Shown one piece after another: positions 60,450 to 64,000 of a DNA stretch of 64,000 nt. Position numbers and translations under genes: made by a program. The number at the start of each line of letters is the position of its first letter. Positions within the stretch are counted from its first letter, which is position 1. This stretch comes from Convolutriloba macropyga (taxonomy: Eukaryota), in contig NC_134480.1 of NCBI RefSeq assembly GCF_964194025.1, positions 16,058,001 to 16,122,000 of the forward strand. The letters run 5' to 3'. A model generated the notes under the pieces. That model made no database searches, was not told the origin of the DNA, and saw only the letters and a program-made list of their open reading frames with translations.

Positions 60450-62984
60450 TACAAGTGATGGATTTTTCGTATCATCATTGAGTATAAATCGAAAAGAAGA
60501 TTTTCACTTCACAGTCATGTGTTGCTACAATCCAACGCGTTCTAATAAAATCTCCTTTCTTGAGAACTTTGACAAGTGTTTGGAAGAGATACCAAGCTCA
60601 ATACCATCAATAGTCTGTGGTGATTTCAATATAGACACACTATCAAACAATCATCTCACTAGGCGGTATATGGTTATTATTGAATCAAATGGAAGTCATC
60701 CACCTGCCTTAAAAGACATTAACCTACTCACAAGACATTAATACAAGTGCAACTGAAGTACTTGAGGACCAAAAATTCACAGATCAATTCCCAAACCTTT
60801 TCCCATGTATCATCAATTCGCGTGGAATAGAAAATAAATGCAGCTTCCGGGATACCAGTTTTCTGAAGTCTGATCAGTTAATTATGAACTACATATTCAA
60901 GCTGAGTCACGAGTTGGGAAAATCAAGTCTCAATGTTCAGGATAACAATTTTGAAGATTCTTCTTCTAGCTTTCACAACACTGTCTGCCAAGTAACTGAC
61001 CAGTGGACTCCTTTTAGAACATCCAAAAAATGTTTTCCTAAAACCCCAGAGTGGTTTACTAATAAGATAAAAAAACTTTCGCGGACCTCCCAAATGTTCC
61101 TAGCATTCTCCCTGAAGAACTGCCATACTGCATGTTCTGGATTCCCGCTGATGAATTAGAAAGTTTAGAAATAATAAACCAATTAGATAATAAAAGCTCA
61201 TCAGGTGATGATCACTTAAGCAATATTTTCGTGACAATTATTGCGTCCGTAATTTCACCACATCTCACTAAATTTATTAATAATTTCAGACAAGGTATTT
61301 TTCCGAGTGATTTAAAAAGGGCAAAGGTATTACCAATCCACAAATGTGGCTCGAAATTCGATGAAAACAATTACAGGCCAATTTCTCTTCCGATGGTCTT
61401 CAGTAAAATATTTGAAAGGGTCATGTATAACGGTTTATATTACTACTTTGAGAAGTTTAATGTATTCTATAGCAAACAATTCGGATTTTGCAAAAAAAAA
61501 CATAGTTGTATTGACGCATTGGCAGAGCTGACAGAGTGGAAACCACATCTCGCTACATTTATTAATACGTTCAGACAAGGTATTTTTCCGAGTGATTTAA
61601 AAAGGGCAAAGGTAATACCAATCCACAAATCAGGCTCAAAATTCGATGAAAACAATTACAGGCCCATTTCTCTTCTGATGGTCTTCAGTAAAATATTTGA
61701 AAGGGCCATGTGTGACCGTTTATATTACTACTTCGAGAAGTTTAATTTATTCTATAGCAAACAATTCGGATTTGCTAATTCGAAAAAACATAGTTGTATA
61801 GACGCATTGGCAGAGCTGACAGAGTGGCAAAGACATCAAAAAAACAATGCATCTACTTACTTTTTTCTTGATTTAAAGAAGGCATTTGACACTCTTGATC
61901 ATGAAACACTATTGAAAAAGTTGCTTCGCAATGGGATTCGTGGAAATGCATTTAAAGGGTTCAGAGGTTATTTATCTAACAGAGTGAAAAAGGTTGAATT
62001 GCAGGGTTACACATCTGGCTGGCGTGAAGCGTCTCGTGGCGTTGAACAAGGGTCGGTTCTTGGCCCTCTTCTCTTTCTTATTTACATATATGACCTGCCA
62101 TTGTGCTGCGACAGCGTTGACGTCTTTCTGTTTGCAGATGACACGGATCTGTCTGGATTGCAGTTGACACCCAATAATATTGCAAATGACCTACACTCTG
62201 TGACAAATTGGCTGAACGCCAATAAACTAGTTCTAATGTAAATAAACCATTCGTATGAACATAGGAAACAGTGCTTCCAATAATGACTCCTTTTACCTTA
62301 ATAATTGTATTCTGCAATGTGAAATTGTGTGTAAGAATTTAGGAATATTGCTGGATTCTAAGCTATCTTTTGTTTCTTACGTTCACAACGTTATGAAAAG
62401 TTTAGGAGCCCAATGTGGGATAATTTTGAAGCTTCGACATTTTTTTCCAACAATGAGCTCATGATGTACTATAACTCTAATGTCAAGTCAATTATTCAAT
62501 ATGGAGTCTTGGTTTATGGATGCTGCTGCTCCTCCATGCTCTTGCGCATTTCGCAAATACAAAAGAAAAATTTGAAACTCATACACTTCCGGAAAAGAGA
62601 CCATTCATACAATTTGTTCGAGAAGCATAAGGTGCTCAGTGTTTTTGAACTACATATATATGAGCGGGCAGCATTATGAGTTCCGTTAGCGGGCAGCATT
62701 GTGATCAATTTTTAAACCTTTTGTTCGAATTTGAAGCAAATAGTCATTCAACCAGAAGTTCAAACAAACCTTTTCTAAAGATTAAATTATGTAGAACCAA
62801 ACTGAAGAGAAACTCTATATACTTCAGATCTTCAAGATTATACAATACACTTCTATCAGCAGATATACTACCAGAAAATGTCAAAAGCTTGTCTGCCAGC
62901 CAACTCAGTGCTTTTGTTCATCGTTTTCGGGATAATTTTTTAATTGGAAATAATGACGTGATCAACAGTGTTTTTGGTGGGTAA
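60450..62984 (+). mobile_element. Degenerate, 5'-truncated CR1/L2-group LINE (APE-RT) with an internal 285-bp tandem duplication
   Basis: IVCGDFNID, NYRPISL (twice), LDLKKAFDTLDH, GVEQGSVLGPLLFLIYI, FADDT. Multiple frameshifts. The C-terminus FLIGNNDVINSVF resembles YILGNEELIRKVF of the 37-40 kb element. Confidence 0.93.
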
Positions 62985-63039
62985 TTTAGCAAATGCTCCT
63001 TTTTACCATCGATGAAAGTGTCTTGTAAAAAGGGACCCA

Positions 63040-63340
63040 TTGCCTGCATACTACAGGATGTTAAAACAGGATTGACTTTCATGTGTAAGAATTTGACCCT
63101 CCAGAAGCTTCTAGTTTGAGAGATAGGGTCATTTTTTGTGATTTTTGTACTGAAAAAACTTAAGAATTTCGAAAAAAAATTGAAAATATCAATGAACCCC
63201 TGCATGCATGCTACAGTATGTTCAAAATAGGATTACCTTTATTGTGTAAAAATTCGACGCCCCAGAACCTTTTAGTTTTCGAGATATGGCCATTTTTGTG
63301 ATTTTTTTTTTTGCTTTTTCCACTGAAAAAAACTTAAATT
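63040..63340. repeat. Two diverged ~160-bp direct repeats
   Basis: gcat(a/g)ctacag.atgtt.aaa.aggatt..tagtt..gagata.g..catttt.tgtgatttt occurs twice. Confidence 0.7.
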
Positions 63341-64000
63341 CTTTATTAGATTTTTTTCTCTCGTGACATCAAAAACTCAGGGCAGGTGAGAAAGCTGCAG
63401 TTAAAACTGCAGGGTGTACTAGGAAAAAAACTCGAAAAATTCCAAAAGAAAATTTAAATTGTTTTTTGTTTGATCTCGATTGGTGCATATCTTTTAGGGT
63501 AGGCGTTTGGTAGGCCCCAGGGCCTCATTGCCTGTCCTCTCTAGGTTAATAGTTGCCAGCATTAGTCCTTGCAGAGTTATTTAAACTGATTTTAGTTTTT
63601 TGTTTCTGTGTAAATATCTTTCCTGGAGAAATATATTCTTTCTTTCTATTTTTTATTTTAAAAAAATTACCTAAAAACCACCAATTTTTAGAAGATTTTT
63701 TATTCAACCTTAAACACAATTGTATCGTTAATGTCTGGATGGCTGCCAGACAGTAAAATAAAATAATATTTCCCTTCTACTCTGTTGGTTTTGAAAAACA
63801 TTCATAAAAGACGTAAATTTTCTTTGAAAATATGAAGTTCCTTCAGCTTATCCGTCATTCGCTTTCTGCTTGCAAAACTATCAGCTGCTGATAATTTTTA
63901 CGGCTCCATTGGAATCACAAAAAATCTACTGGAGTGCATATGTCTCAAAGCTAAAGGAGGAAATCAGAGAAAAAAGGCACGAAGAACATAGTAATATCCA

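Noticed and set aside
62878-62891. 14-nt match (atgtcaaaagcttg) to the ABCA intron terminal repeat
   Set aside because: It lies in LINE coding sequence (ENVKSL) 55 kb away and outside the ABCA transcript; treated as chance.

Overview
AT-rich eukaryotic genomic DNA with spliceosomal introns, most likely from an invertebrate animal; the species cannot be identified from the sequence. Four host genes were reconstructed by hand: (1) the 5' part of an ABCA3-like ABC-A lipid transporter (minus strand, 4 exons, running off the left edge); (2) an intronless HDHD2 HAD-IIA hydrolase (minus); (3) a 5-exon, ~698-aa membrane-anchored UDP-glycosyltransferase (plus) with a ~170-aa K/E/S/P/Q-rich N-terminal insert and an apparently substituted catalytic His; (4) a 5-exon, ~513-aa JmjC (Cupin_8) 2OG-Fe(II) oxygenase with a signal peptide and a PDI/thioredoxin-like N-terminal region (minus), convergent with the UGT. 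The rest is repeat-dense: one near-intact CR1/L2-group LINE in UGT intron 1, at least six decayed relatives, MITEs, a 3.2-kb tandem duplication and an ~800-bp palindrome. Three sequence-unrelated families of non-autonomous elements share Helentron/DINE-1 (HINE) architecture (terminal hairpin, sub-terminal inverted repeats, internal tandem repeats, G-tracts). Almost all lie in the same orientation and one is nested in another. The other notable signal is a perfect 15-bp inverted repeat joining the two ends of a ~3.9-kb ABCA intron that appears to need a GC donor. No prokaryotic features, rRNA, tRNA or CRISPR array were found.
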